Assembly: GCA_965215365.1 (NCBI GenBank)
Contig: CBDCDS010000003.1
Coordinates: forward strand, 2,528,001 to 2,592,000
Direction: 5' to 3'
Origin: Gammaproteobacteria bacterium
Lineage (GTDB): Bacteria > Pseudomonadota > Gammaproteobacteria > Eutrophobiales > Eutrophobiaceae
Length of the DNA stretch: 64,000 nt
Below the pieces are notes generated by a model. It searched no databases, was not told where the DNA came from, and saw only the letters and a program-made list of their open reading frames with translations. Below are positions 9,698 through 18,137 of the stretch, piece by piece; position 1 is the stretch's first letter, and each line of letters begins with the position of its first letter. Made by a program: the position numbers and the translations under genes.

Positions 9698-10823
9698 TAT
9701 TCACATTGACGACCCGGATCCCGAGGCGTTCTTCGATCCGTACTGGCTCGCCCTTGGCCAGCGGCTTGCCGTTCACCAGTATGGTGACGCCATCGGCGGC
9801 GTCCCGGGGCAGTTCCAGCAAGTCGCCCTCGGCAATGCGATTGATTTCCGCCAGGGTGCGGGTCAGGGTGCCCAGAGAAAAATGCAGCGTGACCTCTACG
9901 TCTTCGGGGCGCAGCAGTTCCGGCACTGTGGCAGGCACCGGGACGGCGTCCATGTCGGTCGCGGCGGCGGACGCGGCCTCGGCGTCTGCGGCTACAGCGG
10001 CTTCAGGGACTTGCCTGCCGGTATCTGTGGTCACGGGCAGGGCCTGCGTGTCGGCGTTTGAAGTTTCGGTATCTGCCATAAGATTGGACCTCAGCAATTG
10101 TTTCACCCGCATGGAGTCGGGTTGCAGCTCGACTGCAAATAACATCCTGTCCCCCATACATAACACGGCTTCGGTGACTGAATATTCACCGGCCTCCGGC
10201 ACTATCAGGTCGTTAGCTTGCAACTCCCGTAATTCGGCAACGCGCACACTGGTATGCCCCAATATCACCTCCAGGCGCAGCGGCGCCTGCTGCCCGGCCA
10301 GGGTGTGACCGTCCGCGGCGGCTTCAAACAGTGCCGCCAACGACCCGCCGCTGGCGGCAACCGGCGCCACCAGCACCGGCGGATAATCCAGCCCGGCGCC
10401 GGTGCGTAACCTCAATACCAGCACCGAGGCCGCATCGGGAGGGTGTTCCGGCAACTCGACGCCGTCCACTCGCACTGCGCACTGCCAGTGTTGACTGAGC
10501 CATTCCAATACGCCGTTATTGCGCACTTGCAGACAGGCGCAGCGCAACAGCTCGTCGAGTTGCCAGAACTGCGCCGGCTCCAAGCCTTGCAGCAATTCAT
10601 AAAACAACCCCTCCGGCAGACAGACATAGAACTTGAAGCCGTTCGCCAGGGATAGTTTCACGGCCACCAGCCGCTCCGAACCGGCGTCGAAGTCTTGGGC
10701 CGGTGACCAACGCGCCAGCAGCCGCCGGTTCGTATCTGCCAGGTAACAATCGCCGGCGCTGAGCCCGAAACGGTGCAGGACGGTCAGGTCCCTGAGTGCG
10801 CAAACACTAGCGGCGGCGGTCAC
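9690..10823 (-). CDS. sctQ: T3SS cytoplasmic ring protein SctQ
   Basis: C-terminal SpoA/FliN domain (VTILVNGKPLAKGEPVRIEERLGIRV); immediately upstream of sctR. Confidence 0.88.
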   Translation of the reverse strand: MTAAASVCALRDLTVLHRFGLSAGDCYLADTNRRLLARWSPAQDFDAGSERLVAVKLSLANGFKFYVCLPEGLFYELLQGLEPAQFWQLDELLRCACLQVRNNGVLEWLSQHWQCAVRVDGVELPEHPPDAASVLVLRLRTGAGLDYPPVLVAPVAASGGSLAALFEAAADGHTLAGQQAPLRLEVILGHTSVRVAELRELQANDLIVPEAGEYSVTEAVLCMGDRMLFAVELQPDSMRVKQLLRSNLMADTETSNADTQALPVTTDTGRQVPEAAVAADAEAASAAATDMDAVPVPATVPELLRPEDVEVTLHFSLGTLTRTLAEINRIAEGDLLELPRDAADGVTILVNGKPLAKGEPVRIEERLGIRVVNVNNG

Positions 10824-10917
10824 GATAGAGTTCGCATTGCGCCCGAAATGTTACCATAACCCAACCCGGCGAGAGCAGATAGAATGACTCCCTAAGGCGC
10901 AAATAACCCACTGTTCA

Positions 10918-11967
10918 CTAACCGTCATCGTGTTCGTCATCAAGATACAGCCCCCTGGAATGACGTTGTGGGTCGGCGTCACCCCCCGTATCCGCGTTGA
11001 TGCCAACCCGGACCTCGCCGCCTAGCGCCTGTTGCAGGGATTCTTTCAGCGTCTGGCTGTTGTTGCTCAGCAGCGCGTTATCAGCCGCTGATTGGGTCAT
11101 GAAGTTGACCACCAGCCGCCCTTCTTCATGCTTGAGCGCCACCTCGGTGTTTTGCAGCACCGTATCTTTCACCAGAATCCGTACTTCCTTATTCTGATCA
11201 ATATTATTGACTGTCACCAGAATACGCTCGGCGACCTTGTTAATCAGTTCCGGGGCAATAGTCGGCGTCGCAACCTGAGCGGCCTTTTGCGTGGCTATTT
11301 CATGCGCACGCGCCTCCTGCGTCGCCAGTAGCCGGTACAAGTCCTGACCGGGTTCGGTGGTCGCCACGGGGTCTTTAGCGTCTGTTTGCACAGGCGAGGC
11401 AGCAGCATCCGACTCAGTGGCGTCGGCCTGGTCAGTCTCGAACGCCGGTTTGGGTTGTCGCTGCGCCACACTGTCCGGGCCGGACTGGTGACTTTGTGTG
11501 CTTTGTGCACCGGGTTTACAGGTGCCTGTATCCGCGCCGTCAGCCCCGGGCTGTGTCTCTGCCCTCTCCCGCGCGCGCGGAGGCGTACCGGCTATCCCGT
11601 ACTGAGGTGTTCCGGCAGTGGCGCGTTCAGGTATTTCCGCCACTCCATGCCGGTGCGGCTCGGCGGCGCCATGCTGGTGCGCCCCTGCGCCCGCGCGCTC
11701 GTGACGCGGCGGCGCACCGCCCTGATGCCGGCGCGGCCGGGTGCCCACCGGGGCGGATTGATAACGGGCGGCGGCACCGTGTTCCGTACCAGCACTACGC
11801 GCCTCGGGCTGCTTTTCAGCGGCGGGCTGCTTTCCATCCAGAGATTGCTTGAACAGCTCCGCGTCTTCCTGCAGGGCCGCATTATCCCGCTGCGGACGAG
11901 CCCCGGTCGACGTTGCCGCCGGGGCGGAAGGAGGCCGGGGCGTGGAAATTTTCATAGTCATAGTCAA
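10918..11967 (-). CDS. sctP: T3SS needle-length control protein SctP (YscP/FliK-like)
   Basis: Low-complexity N-terminal region; C-terminal T3S4-like domain (VAERILV...EVRILVKDTVLQNTEV...RLVVNF, RHSRG); upstream of sctQ. Confidence 0.8.
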   Translation of the reverse strand: MTMTMKISTPRPPSAPAATSTGARPQRDNAALQEDAELFKQSLDGKQPAAEKQPEARSAGTEHGAAARYQSAPVGTRPRRHQGGAPPRHERAGAGAHQHGAAEPHRHGVAEIPERATAGTPQYGIAGTPPRARERAETQPGADGADTGTCKPGAQSTQSHQSGPDSVAQRQPKPAFETDQADATESDAAASPVQTDAKDPVATTEPGQDLYRLLATQEARAHEIATQKAAQVATPTIAPELINKVAERILVTVNNIDQNKEVRILVKDTVLQNTEVALKHEEGRLVVNFMTQSAADNALLSNNSQTLKESLQQALGGEVRVGINADTGGDADPQRHSRGLYLDDEHDDG

Positions 11968-12018
11968 TCAGGCAGCAGTTCAGGGCACCACAAGGCCCAG
12001 GATTTTGCTTGGGCTTCG

Positions 12019-12049
12019 AGTATAACACCGCCGCCCGATAACCTGTCAA
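12019..12049 (-). promoter_or_regulatory. Putative sigma70 promoter for sctP-Q-R-S-T
   Basis: TTGACA-19 bp-TATACT with an extended -10 TG; the spacer is long. Confidence 0.45.
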
Positions 12050-12073
12050 TGAAAAGGAGGAAAAGAAGGTGCA

Positions 12074-12110
12074 AGGCACCTCTGCTCAGGTGCCCTCCTT
12101 GGTACTTTTA
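12074..12110 (-). repeat. Repeat family A, truncated terminal fragment
   Basis: AGGCACCTCTGCTCAGGTGCCCTCCTTGGTACTTTTA matches the reverse complement of the copy 1 right end (AGGTGCCTCTGCTTATGTGCCCTCCGTGGCATTTTTA); abuts repeat B. Confidence 0.65.
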
Positions 12111-12352
12111 ACCCGCATATCTGACCAAGTCGCTTACTGCATTGTGAAACATAATTTTCTCAATAATTTATGATAATACTGCTGCTCTTTCCACCTGACA
12201 CACTGCGCTTGATGCGCCCTCGCTGGTCTTGGTTCTGCCTGCGGGCACGTGCTTGTTCAACCATAGCTACCGCTATGGTTTCGGTCGCAGGCACCCGCAG
12301 GCAGAACCCATCCGGCGCGATCTTCGCATCACCAGGTGAGATCTGCGGGCTA
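12109..12352 (+). mobile_element. Repeat family B, copy 1 (244-bp MITE)
   Basis: TIRs TAACCCGCATATCTGACC...GGTGAGATCTGCGGGCTA; internal 15-bp IR GGTTCTGCCTGCGGG/CCCGCAGGCAGAACC; near-identical to 20969-21212; no coding capacity. Confidence 0.88.
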
Positions 12353-13612
12353 AGGCCGAGGCCGCGCCGGTGTTGCTTCCATCTCCTCGGCGACCGCGTC
12401 GCGCACATGGCTCATCAGCGATGGAATGCCGGGCTCAATGGTGCGCCCGCCCGCCGGTGCCCAGGTGTAGCCTAAGTCGGCGAGTTGACCGAGCGCGTCC
12501 TCAGCCGCCTCGGCATCTAAGCCGAGATCCTCGACGAGCGTCGCCTCAAGTGTCGCCTCATGCACACGCGCAGTGCCCTTGAAGGGCGTAGCCACATGCG
12601 CGGCCGCCTCAAGTAACCCCTGCTTTTTGAGCTCCAGATACCGCCTCCCGTAATAGCGTTCGCGGCGCGCGGCGACCCGCTCGGCGACCTGCTCGACGAG
12701 CGCTGCCGTGACCGTATGGCTGTGCGCCTGCTCGACCAAGGCGCCACACAGCGCTCGCCCCCAGAGCTGTATGAAATACGGATAACACTGTGAGTCCGCC
12801 ACCACCGCCGCCAAGGCGTCCGGCTCGATGGATACCGAGTAACCAGCGAGCGGCTCGGTTAAAGCCTGCGCGGTGGCCGCAGTGCTCAACCGGCCAATGG
12901 GCAGGATCTCGCTACGATCCCAGAAGGTCGCGATCATCTCGCCTAAGTGCGCCTCGAGGTTCGGCGTACCGGCCAAGATGAGAACGAATGGGACCCCGTC
13001 CGCGCGCAGCTGCTCACTGAGGTTCAGCAGCCGCCGGCCGATCTCAATATCGAGCGTATGCGCCTCATCCACGGTCACTAACAACGGTTGTGCGCGACAG
13101 CGCGCGCTCAGATAGTGCTGAGCATGCACTTTGAGCTCATCATCCGAGATTGCGCTGAGGTCGGCTCGGAGCCCGGGCGCGCCCACGCGCAGGCGCTCGA
13201 GCACCAAGCCACCTCGGCGCAGAGGGTTTTTCCATCGCGACAGCCAACGGTTCGGCACGGCGGGATCGGGCAATGTCGGGGCGGCCTGTAACAGTGTCCT
13301 GAGCAGCACCTCCAGCGAGTCGAGCTGAGCCGGGCGCAACGCGAGCACGCCGATCCCGGCCCCACCCGCGCGCCGCTCTAAGTCTTTGAGCAACACCGTC
13401 TTGCCGTTGCCGCGCGGACCGAAGAGCACCAGATCCGCCGCCGGGTCGTGGCCGTCTGCCAAGGGGCCTAACAGGACATCGGAGGCGAATTCTTTCTCAG
13501 TGTCGCGCCCAGCGAGGGTCGGCGGGCGGGTGCCCGTGCCGGGCTTAAATAACTCCTTTAAGGCCTTGCAGTAGCGGACCTCACTGAAATCATGCGGGAA
13601 TGGCGTGGTCAT
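12350..13612 (-). CDS. AAA-family P-loop ATPase with probable C-terminal helical/winged-helix region
   Basis: FKPGTG.RPPTLAGRD, Walker A GPRGNGKT, Walker B LVTVDEAH, YPYFIQLWG; start MTTPFP at 13612. Confidence 0.85.
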   Translation of the reverse strand: MTTPFPHDFSEVRYCKALKELFKPGTGTRPPTLAGRDTEKEFASDVLLGPLADGHDPAADLVLFGPRGNGKTVLLKDLERRAGGAGIGVLALRPAQLDSLEVLLRTLLQAAPTLPDPAVPNRWLSRWKNPLRRGGLVLERLRVGAPGLRADLSAISDDELKVHAQHYLSARCRAQPLLVTVDEAHTLDIEIGRRLLNLSEQLRADGVPFVLILAGTPNLEAHLGEMIATFWDRSEILPIGRLSTAATAQALTEPLAGYSVSIEPDALAAVVADSQCYPYFIQLWGRALCGALVEQAHSHTVTAALVEQVAERVAARRERYYGRRYLELKKQGLLEAAAHVATPFKGTARVHEATLEATLVEDLGLDAEAAEDALGQLADLGYTWAPAGGRTIEPGIPSLMSHVRDAVAEEMEATPARPRP

Positions 13613-13703
13613 GGCCGACCTCTCGATAGGACAGTGGATGTGAGTTTGAAGTGTCCTTGCTATGTTCAACAGCGTACATTGCGGCGGGACCTAAGTCAAT
13701 AGG

Positions 13704-13835
13704 GTGTCCAAGTTCAATACATATGGGTGCCTCGTGTTTGTGAGAGGTGACCTTATATCAATGAGTTATGATAGGCCGACGTGATTTTATTGGGACAGCA
13801 GTGATTCTTTCCATTTAATTCTGAACCCGGACAGT
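13704..13835 (+). repeat. Repeat family C, ~130-bp element with imperfect terminal IRs
   Basis: GTGTCCAAGTTCA...TGAACCCGGACAG; the left end recurs at 24167 (+) and 55416-55449 (-); AT-rich interior. Confidence 0.6.
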
Positions 13836-13850
13836 GCTTTTTTGAGCGCG

Positions 13851-15317
13851 TCAACGCTGATATGACTCCCGGTAGGAGGCACCGGACAGGGGGATCAGGT
13901 AGTGTTGCGGATGTTTGAGGATTTTCTCGCGGGCGACTTCCAAGCTGGCCTCGCCGGCGTAGCTGACGGCGGAACGCAGGTGGCCGCGGATGCGGTGCAG
14001 GATGTCCTTCACGCTGCCTTTGTAGGGCACTTGTAGCTCCTGGCCTTCCGGTGGGGTATCGAGCGCGGCATCCAGCGACTCGGCATTATCCGGGTCGTAA
14101 TGCGATTCCAGCACTGCTTCCGGGGAGGTCATGCCGCGGTAGATCTTCTTTTTGGTGTGGGTGACCGGGTCTTCGATGACCCGGCCGGGGGCCTCGTCGG
14201 TGCCGGACAGGGCGCTGCCCAGCATCACCGTGGTGGCGCCGCAGACCAGTGCCAAGAAGATATCCTTATCGGTATTGACACCGCCGTCGGCCATAATCGG
14301 GATGGCATCTTCCAACGCCTGCCAGGCTTCCCGTATCGCTTGCAGTTGCGGTACGCCGGCCGCGGTCTCCAGACGCGTGCGGCAGCCGCGCCCCGGCCCG
14401 ACACCGACCTTGACCGCATCGGCGCCGATGTCGCGCAGGAACAGGGCACCCGGCGCCGTCGCCACGTTGCCGCATACCAGCGGTGCCTTGCCGAAGCGGG
14501 CGCGGAACCGGTTCACAGCCTCTTCCATCACCGTGGAATGGCCGTGCGCGATGTCGATGAACAGGCAGTCGGCGCCGGCTTCCAGCAGGGCCGCGGCGCG
14601 TTCTAGGTAATCGCCGCGGGCACCGATGGCGGCGCCCACCAGCAAGCGGCCCTTGTCATCCTTGCTGGAGTAGGGGCGTTCGCGCAGGGAAAAGATGTCC
14701 CGGCGCGTGATCAGTCCTTGTATGAGTCGTTCATTATCGACTAGCGGCAGCCGTTCAACGCGGTGTTCAAACAGGATGCCGGAGGCCTGTTCAATGGAAA
14801 TGTCAGGTTTGGCCACTACCAGCTGCTCGAAGGGCGTCATAAAGCGCGCCACCGGCTGGTCGTCATAGTCACCGTTCCAGGGCATATCCCGTTGTGACAG
14901 CAGGCCGGCCAGCACGTTACTGCCGGGTTCTGTCTCAATCAGAATGCCGGTGATGGCATGTTGGGCGGCAAATTTCCGCGCCTGCCGGATGGTGGCACCC
15001 AACGGCAGGCACAGGGGCTGCCTGATGACTGCGCTCTGGCTGCGTTTAATCTGTGCCACCTTGCGTGCCTGACGTTCAATGCTCATAGCGCGGTGGATGA
15101 CGCCAATGCCGCCTTCCATCGCCATAGCCTGAGTCATCTCCGCACCGGTCACACTGTCCATGTTGGAAGAGACAATGGGCAACTCCAAAGAAATGGCGCC
15201 GGTTAATACGCTACGCAGGCTGAGCTCCCGGCGCGTCTCCGTGATGCCTTTTTGCGGGCGAAACAGGAAGTCGTCGAAGGTCTTGCCGGCCCAGAAGGCG
15301 GCATCATCGCTGAACAT
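13851..15317 (-). CDS. IMP dehydrogenase/GMP reductase family protein with CBS pair (divergent active site)
   Basis: [54 protein letters not shown]. Confidence 0.88.
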   Translation of the reverse strand: MFSDDAAFWAGKTFDDFLFRPQKGITETRRELSLRSVLTGAISLELPIVSSNMDSVTGAEMTQAMAMEGGIGVIHRAMSIERQARKVAQIKRSQSAVIRQPLCLPLGATIRQARKFAAQHAITGILIETEPGSNVLAGLLSQRDMPWNGDYDDQPVARFMTPFEQLVVAKPDISIEQASGILFEHRVERLPLVDNERLIQGLITRRDIFSLRERPYSSKDDKGRLLVGAAIGARGDYLERAAALLEAGADCLFIDIAHGHSTVMEEAVNRFRARFGKAPLVCGNVATAPGALFLRDIGADAVKVGVGPGRGCRTRLETAAGVPQLQAIREAWQALEDAIPIMADGGVNTDKDIFLALVCGATTVMLGSALSGTDEAPGRVIEDPVTHTKKKIYRGMTSPEAVLESHYDPDNAESLDAALDTPPEGQELQVPYKGSVKDILHRIRGHLRSAVSYAGEASLEVAREKILKHPQHYLIPLSGASYRESYQR

Positions 15318-15349
15318 GGCAATATCAGATTGAAAGAGTACCAGACTGT

Positions 15350-15378
15350 ATTATGAAGCAACAGCCATTCCCGTGCAA
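15350..15378 (-). promoter_or_regulatory. Putative sigma70 promoter for the IMPDH-family gene
   Basis: TTGCAC-17 bp-CATAAT about 30 bp upstream of the ATG. Confidence 0.5.
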
Positions 15379-15488
15379 GGCGACACAGAGAGACCATGGC
15401 AGGGAGTGTGCAGCACCCTGACCATAAGGGTTTCGGGAGCGGGCCAGGGTGGGAGAAATAACGAAAACGGGGGCGGCGCGGGCTCCCG

Positions 15489-16706
15489 TCAGGCTTTCCC
15501 TGCATTTTCGAGACGCGCGCTCAGCGCTGAGATGCGCAGAGCTGCTTCGTTCATGCGGAATAACTGGCTTTGCAAGGCACCCTTGCCGGTTCTGCCTTTC
15601 CTCATTGCTTCGTAATCGGCTGCCAGACGCTTGTGGTCCTGCATGGCAGTTGCCAGCAGCGCTTCGAGCTCGGTCCGGCTGTGTGTCTCCGGCGGCTTGC
15701 CGGCACCGCGCGTCGGTTCCGTGGCGGCTCTTTCGCCGACATGTCGCGCAGGCCGCGTTGGCGCATGCGCGGCTGGCGTAGCGTCTCGTTTGCCGGTTGT
15801 CGAGGCTGCGCGTATACTGCCCTGCGTCGTTGCCAGCGCGTCACGCACCACCGCTTCCATATCGATGCCATGCGTCGCCACCCGCGGCTGCGCCAGCGTT
15901 TGCAGGGCCTTGCCGTAGGCGTCGGGCAGGTCTGCGATTTCCTGTTTAAGGTCTGCTATTTGCTGCTCGTCAGCGTTGGAGATGGTGCGGAAACTCTGTG
16001 CTTCGGCCAGATTCCCTTCCACCCGCCGGTACAGCATGGTCAGTTCCTTATGCAGGGCGCCGATATTCGGATTGTCGTCCGCTTGTGCGGCCAGCACGGA
16101 TAGCACCTGCAGCACCAGCTGTTTGTCGCTGCCGGCGCCCGTCGCGTCGGTGCGCGCAGACGCTAATGCTTGCAGCGCCCGGTCTTGTTCGGCGGCAGTC
16201 AGCGCGTGCATGGCGGCGGTGGGTTTGCCGGACTGTATCGTGTCCAGGATTGCTTGCCGTTCCTGGCCCTGCCGGCTGAGCTGCATGGTCAGAGTCTTTT
16301 CCATGTCGCGAAAATTCACCGCCGAGAATGCCGCGCCCTTGAAGTTTTTCAGGGCGCGTGCGGCGTCGGAAAATTGCCGGCTGTAATCTCCTTCCAGCTT
16401 ATTTTCACCCAGCTGTAACAGCGCCTTGAACATATTATCGACACTGGTTGCCCGGCTTTGCCGTAGCGCCGTTGATAGAGTCTCAAAATTCTCCTTGCCG
16501 AACAGGTTGACCAGGCACTTGACAGCGCGCCCGGCAAACGTGCCTTCCCGGCCCGGGTTAGCCATGACCCAGGCCACCAGCTTGCCCTTGACACCTTGGG
16601 CACCGGCAACCTGCTGCAAGTCGCCCTGGCGGCCCACCGTTTGTCGGAAACGGCCGGCTTCCACCGTGCGTAATAACTCCTGGGCATTGTTGAAGTTGAT
16701 AGCCAT
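15489..16706 (-). CDS. Putative T3SS effector (coiled-coil rich)
   Basis: Start MAINFNN at 16706, directly after a CesT-type chaperone; N-terminus resembles that of 34745. Confidence 0.6.
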   Translation of the reverse strand: MAINFNNAQELLRTVEAGRFRQTVGRQGDLQQVAGAQGVKGKLVAWVMANPGREGTFAGRAVKCLVNLFGKENFETLSTALRQSRATSVDNMFKALLQLGENKLEGDYSRQFSDAARALKNFKGAAFSAVNFRDMEKTLTMQLSRQGQERQAILDTIQSGKPTAAMHALTAAEQDRALQALASARTDATGAGSDKQLVLQVLSVLAAQADDNPNIGALHKELTMLYRRVEGNLAEAQSFRTISNADEQQIADLKQEIADLPDAYGKALQTLAQPRVATHGIDMEAVVRDALATTQGSIRAASTTGKRDATPAAHAPTRPARHVGERAATEPTRGAGKPPETHSRTELEALLATAMQDHKRLAADYEAMRKGRTGKGALQSQLFRMNEAALRISALSARLENAGKA

Positions 16707-16716
16707 TGGGAGGCGG

Positions 16717-17169
16717 TTAAACGCGGGTGCCGCAGTCCTGGATTGTTTCGTCCGGTGCGTCCTGTTCAGTCGTGCAGGGTTGCAGCAGACGCGCCTGCCA
16801 GAATTCGGCCAGATTGACAAATTCCTCCAGCATGGTCAAAAACTGTGGTTTGCGCAACGCCGACAGCCGTTCTGCACGGATCAGCGCGATGTTACCGCTG
16901 GTTTTATCAACACCTAGGGTGGCGCCCCCGGTGCCGGAGAAAAGATAGTTTGCATCCAGCAGCAAGGCCAGCTGCGCGGCGCTGACCTCAGGGCCGGTCT
17001 GCCCCAGGACGCAACAGATATAAAACGACTCATGGTCTTCGCACAACTCAAGACTGACGGCCACCTCGTCGAACAGCAGCTTGCAGCTATAGTCCTCGTT
17101 CGCGCACAATTCCGGGATGCCGATTGCCGCGCCCAGTTCAGTCAGCAGGTTGTCAAAATTATCTTTCAT
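16717..17169 (-). CDS. Class I T3SS chaperone (CesT family)
   Basis: Acidic 150 aa; LLTELGAAIGIPEL, LLDANYLFSGTGGATLGVD, LEEFVNLAEFW. Confidence 0.88.
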   Translation of the reverse strand: MKDNFDNLLTELGAAIGIPELCANEDYSCKLLFDEVAVSLELCEDHESFYICCVLGQTGPEVSAAQLALLLDANYLFSGTGGATLGVDKTSGNIALIRAERLSALRKPQFLTMLEEFVNLAEFWQARLLQPCTTEQDAPDETIQDCGTRV

Positions 17170-17193
17170 CGGCAGCGTCGCCTGGCGTCCCGG

Positions 17194-17592
17194 TCATGCC
17201 AGCAGGTCGCGCAGTTGCACTTGTGCATCCAGCAGCCCCTGTAATTCTGTGCCGAACTGCTCGGCGTCGCGGCAATTCAGTGGCGAGCAGTCCAGAGCCA
17301 GACCGGGGCGACCCTCAGCAATATACAAGCGCAGCAGACTGCGTTGGTATAACTCACCATTGGTCTGCAACATCCCCCGTAACAGCGTATAGGTTTCCTC
17401 CGCTTGCAGCTGTTCATCCAACGCCTGCGCGCTGGTGCTGTACACGCTCACATTGTCGGCGGGAGGGTAAAATTCGATGTGTAGCGTCACCCCGTCCACG
17501 CTAATCACCAGCTGCTCGTCGCGTAGCGCAGCGTCGGCGAGGTTGAAGCGTCGCGCCAACTCCGCCTTGCACCCGGTGATAAAATCCGTCAT
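17194..17592 (-). CDS. Putative class I T3SS chaperone
   Basis: Small acidic protein (start MTDFIT), MLQTN motif, in a chaperone-effector operon. Confidence 0.6.
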   Translation of the reverse strand: MTDFITGCKAELARRFNLADAALRDEQLVISVDGVTLHIEFYPPADNVSVYSTSAQALDEQLQAEETYTLLRGMLQTNGELYQRSLLRLYIAEGRPGLALDCSPLNCRDAEQFGTELQGLLDAQVQLRDLLA

Positions 17593-18137
17593 ACCCGCAG
17601 GCCCGGCTGCAAGCCGTGAGCGGCGGGTTCGGCGACAGCAGGCTCGGTCTCCAGCTGGTCGTTCCACAGTTGCGCCAGTGCCGGGTCAACCTCGTCGGGA
17701 AACCGCTGCAGACGCATTGCCATGACCACTCCGAACAGCGAGCGGATCAAGGCCTGCAGCCGCGCTGGCGTCAGTGCTGCGTACAACGCCTTACAGTTCA
17801 GCAACACCGCGTTGCTGAACTGGTCATGCGAGACGCACAGGCCGCGGCTGGCCCCGGCGCACCGGTTCGCCGCCAGAAAATAGCTGAAGTGGTCGGCTTC
17901 TTCCTGGTAAAAGTCGGTCTCACCCGTGACATCCGTGCGGAAGTCTTCGCTTTCCAGCTCGTCGCAGAATACGATCGGCGCCACCAGGCGCAGGTGCTCG
18001 TCGTGCAGGTGAATAAACACAACCAGACTGTCAGCGGCGTACAGCGCGCCAACCTCAGCGTCGGTCTCAGGCGGCTGGTAAAGAAAATCTGCCATATCGC
18101 CCAGACAGCGGTGGATGAGGTGCGGCTCAAGCGCCAA
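17589..18137 (-). CDS. Putative T3SS chaperone-like protein (adjacent to SopB-like effector)
   Basis: Acidic; FLAAN..G..GL pattern; C-terminal LRV; position equivalent to sigE/ipgE. Confidence 0.55.
   Translation of the reverse strand: MALEPHLIHRCLGDMADFLYQPPETDAEVGALYAADSLVVFIHLHDEHLRLVAPIVFCDELESEDFRTDVTGETDFYQEEADHFSYFLAANRCAGASRGLCVSHDQFSNAVLLNCKALYAALTPARLQALIRSLFGVVMAMRLQRFPDEVDPALAQLWNDQLETEPAVAEPAAHGLQPGLRV

Noticed and set aside
12160-12475. Short ORFs here and at 21028-21809 with near-identical translations
   Set aside because: They are translations of repeat B (MITE), not genes
15430-15489. CGGGAGC...GCTCCCG stem upstream of the IMPDH-like gene as a purine riboswitch
   Set aside because: Lacks purine riboswitch consensus and lies upstream of the predicted promoter
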